Positions 39,431 to 51,680 are shown, counted from the first letter of the whole stretch. The stretch is DNA of 63,275 bases, filler included, from Chiloscyllium plagiosum (GCF_004010195.1; 4 parts of one record of this genome joined end to end with filler, not necessarily neighbours in it); one strand, 5' to 3'. Notes: generated from the sequence alone by a model not told the origin. Numbers and translations: made by a program.

Positions 39431-40142
39431 CAAATAACTTTTAAGTCTTGTAATTGCACTTTCCTCTATTACTTCCTCTGTCAGCTCATTCCATATATGC
39501 ACCTCCCTCTGCATGAAGAGGATTCCCCTCAGCTCCCTTTCAAACCTTTCCTTTCTCAATTGAAACTCATGCCCTCTAGTTTTGGACTCGCCTAGCCTGG
39601 GGAAAAGATACTGGTAATTCACCATGCCCTCATGATATTATAAAGATCTATAAGGTCACCCCTTAACCTTCTACACTCCTGGGAGGAAAAAAACATTCCT
39701 CTCCTTATAATTCAAGCCCTCCAGTCTCAGTAACATCCTTGTAAATCTTGTATGGAACCTTTCCAGTTTAATAGTATTCTTCCTAAAGCAAGGTAACCAG
39801 AATTGTATGCAGTACTGCAAAAGTGGCCTGACCAATGCCTTGCACTGCTGTTACATGATGTCTCAACTCCAACACTGTCTTCTGACCATTGAAGGCAAGT
39901 ATGCCAAATGCCTTCGTCACTATCCTGTCTACCTGTGATGCCACTTTCAAGGAACTATAGACTTGCACCCCTATGTGTCTCTGTTTGATAAAATCCATAG
40001 GACCCTACTATTAACTGTGTAATTCCTGCTTTGCTTTGCCTTTCCAAAATGCAACAACCTCGTATTTATCTAAATTAAAATCCATCTGTCATTCTTTGGT
40101 CCAGTGACCCAGTTGATCAAGATCCCATTGTAATCTTAGATA

Positions 40143-40362
40143 GTTAAAAATCACACAACACCAGGTTATAGTCCAACAAGTTTAATTGGAAGCACACTAG
40201 CTTTCAGAGCGACGCTCCTTCATTAGGTGATTGTGTCACCTGATGAAGGAGCGTCGCTCCAAAAGCTAGTGTGCTTCCAATTAAACCTGTTGGACTATAA
40301 CCTGGTGTTGTGTGATTTTTAACTTTGTACACCCCAGTCCAACACCGGCATCTCCGAATCAT
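40143..40362. mobile_element. Penelope family B palindromic mini-insertion, 12-bp TSD
   Basis: 88-bp arms at 40143-40230 and 40236-40323, 5-nt loop, 39-bp tail. TSD taatcttagata at 40131-40142 and 40363-40374. Confidence 0.9.
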
Positions 40363-40869
40363 TAATCTTAGATAACCTTCTTCGCTGTCCACTCTACTAC
40401 TAATTTTGGTGTCATCGACAAACTTACTAACCATGCTTCTATTGGGGAAATCATTTACTTAAATAATGAACAACAGTAGACTCAACATTAATCCTTGAGC
40501 CACACCACTGGTCACAGGCCTCCAGTCTGAACAACAACCCCCTATCAACACCCTCTGTCTCTCACCATTAAGCCAATTTTGTATCTAATTAGCTAGCTCT
40601 CCCTGGATCTCGTGTGGTCTAACCTTAGCAACCAGTCTACCATGCAAAACTTTGTCGAAGGCCTTGCTAAAGTTCATGTAGACAATGTCTACCCCGCTGC
40701 CTTCATCTATCATCTTGGTCACCTCTTCAAAAACCTCCATCAAGTTTGTGAAATGATTTCCCACACACAAAGCCATGCTGACTATCCCTTATTGGTCCTT
40801 TTCTTTCCAACTGCATATAGTTCATGTCTCTCAGAATGCCTTCCAACAACTTACCCACTAGTGACATCA

Positions 40870-41023
40870 TTGAGGAGAAAGTGAGGTCTGCAGATGCTGG
40901 AGATCAGAGCTGAAAATGTGTTGCTGGAAAAGGGCTGAAGAAGGGCTTATGCCCGAAACGTCGATTCTCCTGTTCCCTGGATGCTGCCTGACCTGCTGCG
41001 CTTTTCCAGCAACACATTTTCAG
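40870..41023. mobile_element. Penelope family A inverted mini-insertion, 14-bp TSD, intact hammerhead core at 40935-40962 (+)
   Basis: TSD cactagtgacatca at 40856-40869 and 41024-41037; 24-bp inverted arms at 40909-40932 and 41001-41024. Confidence 0.88.
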
Positions 41024-41129
41024 CACTAGTGACATCAGGCTCACTTCTATAGTTCCTTGCAGCCTTTCTTAAATAATTCACATTATCTATCTCCAGCACC
41101 TTCTGCAATGTGGACTGTGTTCAACTACT

Positions 41130-42095
41130 TTTCATCATTTTATATAAATGATTTGGATGGGAGCATAAGAGGTGCAGTTAGTAAGCTTGCAGATGACACC
41201 AAAATTGGAGGTGTAGTGGGCAGCAAAGAAGGTTACCTCAGATTAAAACTGGATCTCGATCAAATGGGCCAATGGGCTGAGAAGTGGCAGATGGAATTTA
41301 ATTTGGATAAATGTGAAGTGCTGCATTTTGGGAAAGCAAATCTTAGCAGGACTTATATGCTTAATGGTAAGGTCCTAGAGAGTGTTGCTGAACAAAGAGA
41401 CCTTGGAGTGCAGGTTCATAGCTCCTTGAAAATGGAGTCGCAGGTAGATAGGATAGTAAAGAAGGCGTTTGGTATGCTTTCCTTTTATTGGTCAGAGTAT
41501 TGAGTGCAGGAGTTGGGAGGTAATGTTGAGGCTGTACAGGGCATTGGTTAGGCCACTGTTGGAATATTGCGTGCAATTCTGGTCTCCTTCCTATCGGAAG
41601 GATGTTGAGAAACTTGAAAGGGTTCAGAAAAGATTTACAAGGATGTTGTCAGGGTTGGAGGATTGAGCTATAGGGAGAGGTTGAACAGGCTGGGGCTGTT
41701 TTCCCTGGAGCATTGGAGACTGAGGGGTGACCTTATAGAGGTTTATCATGAGGGGCATGAATAGGTTAAATAAATAGGATATCATGGGGTGGAGGAGTCT
41801 GGAACTAGAGGGCATAGTTTTAGGTGAGAGGGGAAAGATATAAAAGAGACCTAAGGGGCAACGTTTTCATGCAGAGGGTGGCACATGTATGGAGTGAGCT
41901 GCCATAGGAAGTGGTGGAGGCTAGTACAATTGCAACATTTAAAAGGCATCTGGATGGGTATATGAATATGAATAGGAATTGGAGGGATATGGGCCGGGTG
42001 CTGGCAGGTGGGACTAGATTGGTTTGGGGTATCTGGTTGGCATAGACGAGTTGGACTGAAGGGTCTGTTTCCATGATGTACATCTCTATGACTCT
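41130..42095 (+). mobile_element. CR1 RT-to-3'-end remnant
   Basis: YINDLD...SKLADDTKIGG...LVRPLLEYCVQFWSP; tail ctctatgactcta. Confidence 0.92.
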
Positions 42096-43098
42096 AAGAC
42101 ATCACTATTTACTTTCCTGAGTTCCCTAGCTTCCATGTCTTTCTTCACAGTAAATGCTGAATTGTTTGTTTAGGATCTCCCTCCATACATCGATGGCCTG
42201 TTGATTTTAAGGGGCCTTATTCGCTCTCTTTTGCCCTTAATATACTTGTGGAATCTCTTTACAATCTACTAAAGCTCTCTCATGTACTCTCTTTGCCCTC
42301 CTGATTTCCCTCTTAAGTGTACACCTCCAATACTCCGCAAGGGATTCACTTGATTCCAGCTGTCTATACCTGGCATGTGCTTCCTCCTCCTTCTTGACAG
42401 GGCCTCAATATTTTTATTTATGCAGTATTCTCTCTTCCTGCCAGCCTTACCCTTCACACTAACAGGAACATGCTGTCTCTGAATTCTTGTTATCTCAGTT
42501 TCTAAAGCATCCCATCTCCAAACAGCCTTCCCCAACCAACTTTTGAAAGTTCCTGTCTCATACCATCAACATCGGCCTTACCCAATTTAGAACTTCAACT
42601 TGTAGACCAGGCCTATCCTTTTCCTTAACTATTTTAAAACTATTAGAATTATGGTCACCGATCCCAAAGTGCACCCCCACTAGTACCTCACTCACTTGCT
42701 CTCTTATTTCCCAAGAGGAGGTCAAGTTTTGCCCCTTCTCTAGTAGGGCCATCTACATATTGGTTAAGGTTATGTTTGCTGGAGTTCAGAAGAATGAGAG
42801 AATTTCAGAGATACCTGTAAAATTATATGAGGACAATACAAGGTAAATACAGAAAGGATGTTCTTTATAACTCGGGAGTCTGGAACCAAGGGTCATACTT
42901 TAAAGACAAGGGGTAGGCCATTTAGGACTGAAACAAAGGAAAATTTTCACCTAGAGGGTGGTGAATCTGTGGAAATCTCTGACACAGAAAGTGGTTGAGG
43001 CCAAAACATTGAACATTCTCAGGAAGGATTTAAATATAGTTCTTAGGGCTAAAGGGATTAAATGGTATGGGGAGAAAGGAGGAACAGGATACTGAGGC

Positions 43099-43367
43099 CT
43101 GGTGTCTCAGTGGTTAGCACTGCTGCCTCACAGCACCAGGGACCTGGGTTCGATTCCAGCCTCTGTCTTTGTGGAGTTTGCACATTCGTCTCATGTCTGT
43201 TTTCCTCCGGGTGCTCCGGTTTCTACCCACAATCCAAAGATGTGAAGGTTAGGTGAATTAGTCAGGGATAAATGTAGGGGATTTGGGTTTGGGTGGGATA
43301 TTCTTCAGAGGGTCGGTGTGGGCTTGCTGAGCTGAAGGGCCTGTTTCCACACTGTAGGGATTCTATT
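43099..43367 (+). mobile_element. HE1-type SINE inside an older + strand CR1 (38920-39180 / 42765-43460)
   Basis: tRNA head, core and tail. Confidence 0.85.
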
Positions 43368-43939
43368 TTATGAGTTAGGTGTTGAGCCATGACCATATTA
43401 AATGTCGCAGAGGTGTGAAGGGCTCGAATGGCCTACTCTTGCTCCTATTCCCTGTTTCTATAGGGATCTCAACAATAACATGTGCTGTATGTAGATGTAC
43501 ATGACCACATCAGTGTAATTGCCAGGGAGCTACTGAGGTAGAAAAGTATGAAACTGTATTAAGATAAGCAAATTAATTTCATATTTGCAGTACCAAAGAA
43601 AGAGGAGAGAAAAAGAGGCTAAATCCTTGTGAACTGATTTCTGGTATTTTCATTAAAGATTCAGACTTACTGGATTGAAGTGGAACAGAGGAAAAAGTTT
43701 TAAGAGAGCTGCGTTGGTGAGGAGGATTGTTAAATAAAACAAATGATGTGTAAAGCTAATTTCTCACTGATTTATTTGTTTATGGTTAACACTTAAATAC
43801 TATGAGCCGTGATGAAATTGTTAGAGGTCTTGCCTGTGGGTCACGGGGTTTCCGGTTCAAAGTCAAACTGTCGGGTGAGAATAAAAATAAAACCTGTAGC
43901 CTCAGAGCACTCAGCAAGGTCTATATTGTCTATATTGTG

Positions 43940-44260
43940 GGCGGCACGGTGGCACAGTGGTTAGCACTGCTGCCTCATAGCACCAGAGACCCGGGTTCAA
44001 TTCCCGACTCAGGTGACTGACTGTGTGGAGTTTGCACATTCTCCCCGTGTCTGCGTGGGTTTCCTCCGGGTGCTCCGGTTTCCTCCCACAGTCCAAAGAT
44101 GTGCAAGTCAGGTGAATTGGCCATGCTAAATTGCCCGTAGTGTTAGGTAAAAGGGTAAATGTAGGGGTATGGATGGGTTGCGCTTCGGCGGGTCGGTGTG
44201 GACGGGTTGGGCCAAAGGGCCTGTTTCCACACTGTAAGTAATCTAATCTAATCTAATCTA
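43940..44260 (+). mobile_element. HE1-type SINE, young CpG-rich copy
   Basis: Full head, core and (aatct)4 tail. Confidence 0.93.
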
Positions 44261-44269
44261 AAAAATGTC

Positions 44270-44540
44270 TTGTTTTTTGCATGAGATGCTAAACAGAAGC
44301 CCATCTGCCTGCTGGGTGGTTATAAAAATTCCTATGACCCTGTTCAAAGAGAATAGTGGTGTGCTGGTCAATATTTATCCCTGGATCAAATCACAAAAAA
44401 AGATCATCATGTCATCACTTTATGGGAACTGGCTTGCTTCTTCGTTACCTGCATTACATCTATGACTACAACTTTGAAAGTTCTAGATTGTTTGATTGTA
44501 AAGTGCTTTGAGATGTCCAATGATAATGAAGCACCATGTA
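44270..44540 (+). mobile_element. Deu-domain SINE, decayed
   Basis: atgagatgctaaac...ggtcaatatttatccct...cctgcattaca...tgtaaagtgctttgagatgtcc. Confidence 0.6.
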
Positions 44541-45084
44541 TATCCACAAAATTTCTCTGTTCAATGCTGGATGATGATGTTTAATGGTTCCTTCCAGGTA
44601 TTGCTTCGATCTTCTTCAAACTCACAGGGAAAAAGAACAGTTTGAAAAGAAATTTACTTAAATAAGAGCACATTGGTCACACTGCATGTACACTTTGAAG
44701 TGCACAAGATAAATCAAGCCAAGAAGTCTCATTCACCAGTAATTTTTTCCCCTTCTGGGCCTCCACCATCATCATCCTGATGTCCAAAATACTGACCTGT
44801 GAGCTTACAGTCAGAACAAATTACTGTAAAATCTTCATGCTTTGTTCCTCTCCAAAGGCCTTCAGTGTGTGCCCCCTCTCAAGGTTTTGGCCATCTTTCC
44901 TGGAATACCTTGTTGAAATTCCTCCGGTCAGGTTTCTACTCCTGCCACAGCATGTCCAATTGGTTGGCCACAGGACCACATCTGAACTACATATGACTTC
45001 GGAGCCAAACCAATGTGATTGATTCTTAAGTGCCCTCTGGGCATTTAGGGATGGGCAATAAATGCTGCATGGCCAGTGATGTCC

Positions 45085-45950
45085 TCATAGAGATATACAA
45101 GCATGGAAACAGACCCTTTAGTCAACTCATCTATGCCAGGCAGATATCCCAAACTAATCTAGTCCCACTTGTCAGCAACCAGCCCATATCCCTCCAAACC
45201 CTTCCTATTCATATGCCCATCCAGATGCCTTTTAAATGTTGCAATTGTACCAGCCTCCACCACTTCCTCTGGCAGCTCATTCCATATGTGTACCATCCTC
45301 TGTGTGGAAAAAGTTGTCCCTTAGTTTTCTTTTATACCTTTCCCCTCTCATCCTAAACCTATGCCTCTAGTTCTGGACTCCCCCAACCCAGGAAAATGAC
45401 TTTGTCTATTTACCCTATCCATGCCCTTCATGATTTTATAAACCTCTATCAGGTCACCCCTCAGCCTCCGACGCTCCAGGGAAAACAGCCCCAGCCTATT
45501 CAACCTCTCCCTATAGCTCAAATCTGCCAACCCAGGCAACATCCTTGTAAATTTTTCCTGAACCCTTTCAAGTTTCACAATATCCTTCCAACATGAAGGA
45601 GACCAGAATTGCTGCAATATTCTAACAGTGGCCTAACCAATGTACTGTACAGCTGCAACATGACTTCCCAACTCCTGTACTCAATACTCTGCCCAATAAA
45701 GGAAAGCATACGAAACGCCTTCTTCACTATCCTGAGAACCTGCACTTCAAGGTCTCTTTGTTCAGCAACATTCCCTCGGACCTTACCATTAAGTGTATAA
45801 GTCCTGCTAAGGTTTGCTTTCCCATAATGCAACACCTCGCATTTATCTGAATTAAACTCCATCTGCCACTCCTCAGCCCATTGGCCTACCTGATCAAGAT
45901 CCTGTTATAATCTGAGGTAACCACCTTCGCTGTCCACTATACCTCCAATT
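45085..45950 (-). mobile_element. CR1 RT-to-3'-end remnant
   Basis: MEFNSDKCEVLH, RRRLRGDLIEVYKI. Confidence 0.92.
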
Positions 45951-46214
45951 TATTCATCCTGTGAATGAATAAAAAAAAGGAAATTGTTGTTTGTAAAACA
46001 GAGGTGAGCAATAGAAATGATTGTAAGGGTTAGGAGAAGGATTTTCAGAGATTTAATGAAGTTTTCAAGGTATGAAGGAACTTAACTGAGACAATGCGTT
46101 TAAAACCAAATATTTTATATGTGAGATAAATAGGTTGGTTAGTAAGACAGGAGCTTAAGTGGGATATTTTCACCCAAAAAGTACTTCGATAATGCAGTAG
46201 TTCACAAACACAAT

Positions 46215-46805
46215 CTATTCCAACTTGCAAAACATTTCAGGGAACATCTCTGAGATGTATGCGCTAAACAACCCCACCGTCCTGTGGCTGACCGATTCAA
46301 CTCCTCCTCCCACTCCACCAAAGACATGCAAGTCCTGGGCTGTCTCTACCACCAAATCCAAGCCATCCGATGACTGCAGGAAGAACGCCTCATCATCTGT
46401 TTTGGGGCCCTTCAACCAAACAGCATCAATGTTGACTTCACTAGTTTCCTTATCCCCCCTCCCTCACCTCATCCCAGATCCAACCCTCCAACTCGACACC
46501 GCTCTCTTGAACTGTCCTACCTGTCCATCTTTCTCCCCACCTATCTGCTCTGCCCTACCCCCCTATCACTATCACCCCCCATCTGAATCTACCTATTGCC
46601 TTCCCAGTTACCTTCCTCCCCCATCCCCACCCTCCTGTTTATCTCTCAGCAGCCCCTTCTCCTCCCGCCACCACATTCCTCATGAAGTGCTTATGACTGA
46701 AATGCCGACTCTCCTGCTCCTCAGATGCTGCCTGACCTGTTGTGCTTTCCCAGTGCCACATGTTTCAACTTTGATCCCCAGCATTGGCAGTCTTCGCCTC
46801 CTCCT
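46215..46805 (+). mobile_element. Penelope family A 3' part, decayed
   Basis: Homologous to 11447-11900; degenerate hammerhead at ~46675-46710. Confidence 0.75.
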
Positions 46806-47633
46806 ATATTTATGTAGTGCACTGTCTAACCATATAAATTAGACAGAAATTGGCATAGAGCCAAGAAGTAATTACTTGCAGTGATGGTTAAGAGTTTGAA
46901 TCTCAACAGTTGAGTGAAAGTGGAGAGGTTTTGGGAAGTAATTCTGTTCTCGGTGCGCTATCACCAATAATGAGTTGAAGGGAAGAGGAAATACACAAGC
47001 ACCAACTGTGTTGAAGGAAATTAGATTAAGTGATGGGGTGCTGGAGAAACTTGAAGATTGTTAGAAACCGCCATTGAAATGGGCAGTACAAAAAAGCTTG
47101 GGCTTCTTTAGAAATATTTTGATGGGAAGGGCATTGAAAGACTTTGTGAAAAGGTGAAGCAGAGTTTTCAAAATGTTTGAGTTAGTTTTTTGGTGTTTCT
47201 AAAAATGTTTGATTTGTAATTGTTTTTGTAATTGTAAATGGTTTCCAACTCCCACAAGAAAGGGGTCACTCAGGTTACTAGAAGATGCTGATTTATTTTG
47301 TGGGCCTCTTTGAATTGACATATGACCTGATATTGGAGCAATTAAATTTAATTATTTAAATTATAGTAGACTGCTTTCTGCGCTAGAAAAAAATCTCACC
47401 CCAAAAATTCCCGATAAAATTATTTTTTAAGGGAGAATTTGTGTAATCGTTTTAATCAATTCTTCTTTATCAGGCTTCTGCTGTAAATGTTTTGCCTTTT
47501 AAAGGTATCTATGATTTCTTCTGCTGAACCCAAACTAAACTTCTCTCCTTCACTTGCCAAATGTGTCCCTAGGTATCCATCTATTTATCAACATACACAC
47601 TTACACCACCTGGGAGATAGGAGAGCTGCTGTG

Positions 47634-48133
47634 ATGAATAAAGACTTGTGCATCCATTCCTGGCCTGGTTCATACTATCTTGACAGTGAGAAACGATGGG
47701 TTTATGGCAAACTATCGCTCACACCAGGCCAATTGGCATTTACATCTGACAAGGAGGGGCTTACGCTGACCAGCTTCAAGCTCTCTGCCATCACCAGCAT
47801 CAAGAAGGAAACATCCAGCTTCATATTCAGCTCACTCACCGTGCTGGTAAATGGCAACGAGAAGCACTGGTTCAGTTCGCTGCAGCCCAATCGGACAGTG
47901 GTATTTAACATCATCGAGCACTTCTGGCAAGCACAGTTGCTTTCATCCGATGGGGTGGAAGTAGAGGCCAGCCCTGATCGCACATCCAAGGGGAAACAGC
48001 TTATTCACTTGGCTTCCAGCTCTCACCAACGTTTGGAAGACACAGCCAAAGTACTGCATCATCAGGGAGAGCAGTTTGATCGCATCATGAAAGGGCTGGA
48101 CAAGATAGAGTCAGACATGGATGTGGCAAACAG
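47634..48133 (+). CDS. SNAP47: SNAP47 (synaptosomal-associated protein 47), first coding exon (partial CDS; later exons not recognised in window)
   Basis: Translation MNKDLCIHSWPGSYYLDSEKRWVYGKLSLT...KHWFSSLQPNRTVVFNIIEHFW...RLEDTAKVLHHQGEQFDRIMKGLDKIESDMDVANR matches my recollection of the vertebrate SNAP47 N-terminus and first SNARE coil. Acceptor (ctaaac branch-like motif, pyrimidine tract, cctag) ends at 47572, so the exon starts at 47573. Phase-2 donor AG|gtattg at 48134. Confidence 0.93.
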
Positions 48134-49674
48134 GTATTGGAGCCATGTGGGTCTTATTTTGTGAGTTTTAAAAGAAAAAGGAGGCAGCAAACTTCAGGAA
48201 AGGTGAGCCAAGAAAGCAGTGCAATATCCACTGTGACACACATGACATAAAAGGGAACAGGTTTGTCCCACGTGCTAATGTATAGAGTATATGTCTCTGC
48301 ATATGCTCCCACAAGCATACAAACTGTACTATGCCAGGTAAGAGAAAAAAGTTGCTTACCCATTTTCTTAATTATGTCCCAGAATAAAATCTTCTCCTGG
48401 GTTACTTCCAACTGACAATTATTTTGCTTTATTAACATATTTCTGCCATTATCAATCTGCTTAGCTATTCTTCACCTCCAGCTTTGATTATGCTTTCCCA
48501 CTCTGGCCATTCCCCAGGTATGGTCTTCATTTAGCTCCCTCATACTCCAGTCTGTACCCCTTGTACTTTGTTGCTTCACAGTTGGTTGATTTTATCCATT
48601 GGATCTAACTTGTCCACATCCAGAACCATCTGACATCTTCCTCCTTTGCTAAAACGCATTCATATTCCAGGTTCCTCTTGGATAACAAACATAACCATAT
48701 CTATCTCTTAGATGAACAAAGGGTTGGAGGAAACTATGGATTCATTCATTCTGCCCCTCTCTGTTGTTTGTCACAATGCAAATATTCTCCATCGCAACTA
48801 GAAACCCTGCAATCTTGGAGGAATAAAAACAGACTAAAATCTCAGTTTAATTGGGGGGACAAATAGATGGACAGTTCTTTTTTCAACTATTGAGGCATTC
48901 AGGACTGTGACCTTGATGGACATTACCAGATTCCTATGAGTTATACCTTCTGATCTCCACCCAGCAAGAAGCAATTCTGATTCCCCAAGTTCAGCGATTC
49001 AGTTACACCACACAAGCTCTATTTGTTAATTTATTCATTCACAGGCTGTGGGTCTTGTTAAATAGTGGCTGTTACCTTTAATTGGCCATTGAATTGAGTG
49101 GCTTCCTGGGCAGTTACAGAGGACATTTAGGAATCAAATGTAAGCCAGACTAGGTGAGGGTGGCAGATTTCCAGAATGTAGTGATATATTTTATCTGACA
49201 CTAGTTTCATGGCACTGTCGCTGACAAAGGCTTTACATTCCAGATTCCTTTTATTGAATTCAAATGCTCCCAACTATGGAGGTGGGGTTTTAGCTTCAGT
49301 CTCTGGATTACGAGTCTAGTAACATCATCATTATCCCATTCTCACCCTTACAACATAAATATACTATTTTCTAGGAAGGAAAATAATCTTTTGTGTCAGA
49401 TTTCCAGACATCTGCAGTATTTCATTCACTAAACATTAACTATGTTCAGATCTTGTATAACCTAAGATTGTGGCCATTATTCCCCCCAGCCCCTTAACTG
49501 TTTTTTTCCTTACTTCTGAAATGTACAATCTCTTTGAGAATTCTGTGTCACTTCAGTTTGGATCCTATGAATTTCCCAGTCCTTGTGCTTCACTGCTGTC
49601 ACCTAGACCTTCACCTGATTTGGCCATACATTCTTGATTTCCTTCTCTACTTTCCTTCCCCTTCCCAATGTCTC

Positions 49675-50135
49675 TAGAATCGTAGAATCCCTATAGTTTG
49701 GAAGCAGGCCATTTGACCCATCAAATCCACACTGGCCTAACGAGCATCCCGCTCATCCAATCTCTGTAACTCTGCATTTCTCATGGCTAATGCACCTAGC
49801 CGCCTCATCCCTGGATACTTTGGGCAATTTTTGGCATGGCCAATCCACTCACCCTCTTTGTGGAAAAAGTTGCCCCTTAGGTCTCTTTTATATCTTTCCC
49901 CTCTCACCTATGCCCTCTAATTCTGGACTCCCTGACCCCAGGGAAAAGACTTTGCCTATTTACCCTATCCATGCCCCTCATAATTTTGTAGACCTCTATA
50001 AGGTCACCCCTCTGTAAGAGGAAACCGGAGCACCCATAGGAAACCCGCTCAGTCAGGGGGAGAATGTACAAACTCCACACCGACAGTTGCCTGAGGTGCT
50101 GTCAGGCAGGGCTGACCACTGAGCCACCGTGTCGC
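49675..50135 (-). mobile_element. HE1 SINE interrupted by a CR1 fragment (~49846-50012)
   Basis: SINE tail, then CR1 piece (gaaaaagttgccccttagg), then SINE core and head. Confidence 0.75.
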
Positions 50136-51371
50136 CCTAAAACCAGCCTTTTCGGTCAAACTTTCAGTCGGCCTCCTCATATCTCCTCCACTTGTTCAGT
50201 GTCAACATTGTTCAGTTATCCTCCTCAGAAAACTGCCCAAGTTGTTTCTGATGCTATATTGATCCAGTTATTGTCTGGTACCGAACAGATTGTATTTTGT
50301 TTTGTGTTGACTCCTGCAATTTCACAGTGCACATTAGAATTAAAAAGAAACTGTTTACTGCACATCAATATGTGTGCAACCTGGTATGTGAACAGAGGAA
50401 TGATGTTTATATTAGAATGGAAGAGCTGGTTGCCAGAGGTAGAAGGTTCAAATTTGCATTCCTAGATAAAATCCTTGAGGGTGGGTTGAATACTTTCACT
50501 AGTTGGCTGATGTTTGCAGCCAATAAACAAAATTGCTTTTCCATTGAGAATGCATTTTTATGTTTTCATTTGCCTGTGAACCTTTTGGGACAATGAGATT
50601 CTGAAGCAGTAACCTATGCATGAAGAAAGCTGGGTCTAGATGTAATAGAAATTCCCCAGTGATGGAATATCATCAGGGATCCTGGAATAGCAGCTGTGCA
50701 ATTTCAAAACAGCCCCTTGTTTGTCCTCTTTCATATACTTTATGTATTGCAAAACTTACAAATGAATGGAAGTCAAGATTGTGCATTTCATTTTATTCCA
50801 CTATACTTCATTTAATTTTAATATTTCATGTCTTTAATGATTTGTATAACTTTCTATTTGCACATATTTGCCTTGAGCTAATTATATCATATTTAAGGGC
50901 TGGTTCACACTTTGCTTATAGACCTCTAAATGTTTTCAGCCCTCTGGCCACACTTCACGTATAAACTCAGATTCTGAGAGCATGCTTTTCATAGACTTTG
51001 GAAAACTTTGTGGCGTGATGAAAATGGTGGCTAAGATATAGCTTCAGGATTTATATTTCTCTGGGTTTCTTATTTTCACCAGTTTAAGGGTGCACGCTAG
51101 TTTAGATTGCAATCCCACACCTTGCACTCCCAATCTCACTAGCTCAATAGCAGGGGAAAGACAGCTCCTTGTCCTCTATAGTTTTCATGGAGTCAGGCCA
51201 GCGTTTAAAGGATTTGTGATTCATGGCACCTCGGAGGTTGTGAACCATGGTTGGCCTCAGAGAAAAGTATCCTTGCCCTCTATGTCCCCAACCAACCCCT
51301 AGAGCTATTCCATTTCCATTCAACAATTATACACTTTTTATATAGCAACTATGGACCCCATAGGGACAATA

Positions 51372-51680
51372 GGATTAGATTCCCTACAGTATGTAAACAG
51401 GCCCTTCGACCCAACAGGTCCACACCAACCCTCCAAAGAGCATCCTACCCAGACCCATTCCCCGACATTTACCCCTGACACTATGTCAATTTAGCATGGC
51501 CAATTCACCTGACCTGCACATCTTTGGATTGTGGGAGGAAACCGGAGCACCGGGAGGAAACCCATGCAGACACAGGGAGAATGTGCAAACTCCACACAGA
51601 CAGTCGCCCGAGACTGGAATTGAACCCGGGTCCCTGGTGCTGTGAAGCAGCAGTGCTAAACACTGAGCCACCGTGCCACC
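51372..51680 (-). mobile_element. HE1-type SINE
   Basis: Full reverse-complement copy. Confidence 0.9.

Larger units (their letters stand above)
39192..42765 (-). mobile_element. CR1 LINE remnant carrying nested insertions
   Basis: TNLMEVFEEVTK, NFSKAFDKVLH, SKFVDDTKI and GDHNSNSF (endonuclease end). Interrupted by three Penelope mini-insertions and a + strand CR1. Confidence 0.85.

Noticed and set aside
47487..48164. 225-aa single-exon ORF as called by the track
   Set aside because: The first 49 codons are intron/UTR and the last ~10 are intron. Splice sites and homology delimit 47634-48133.
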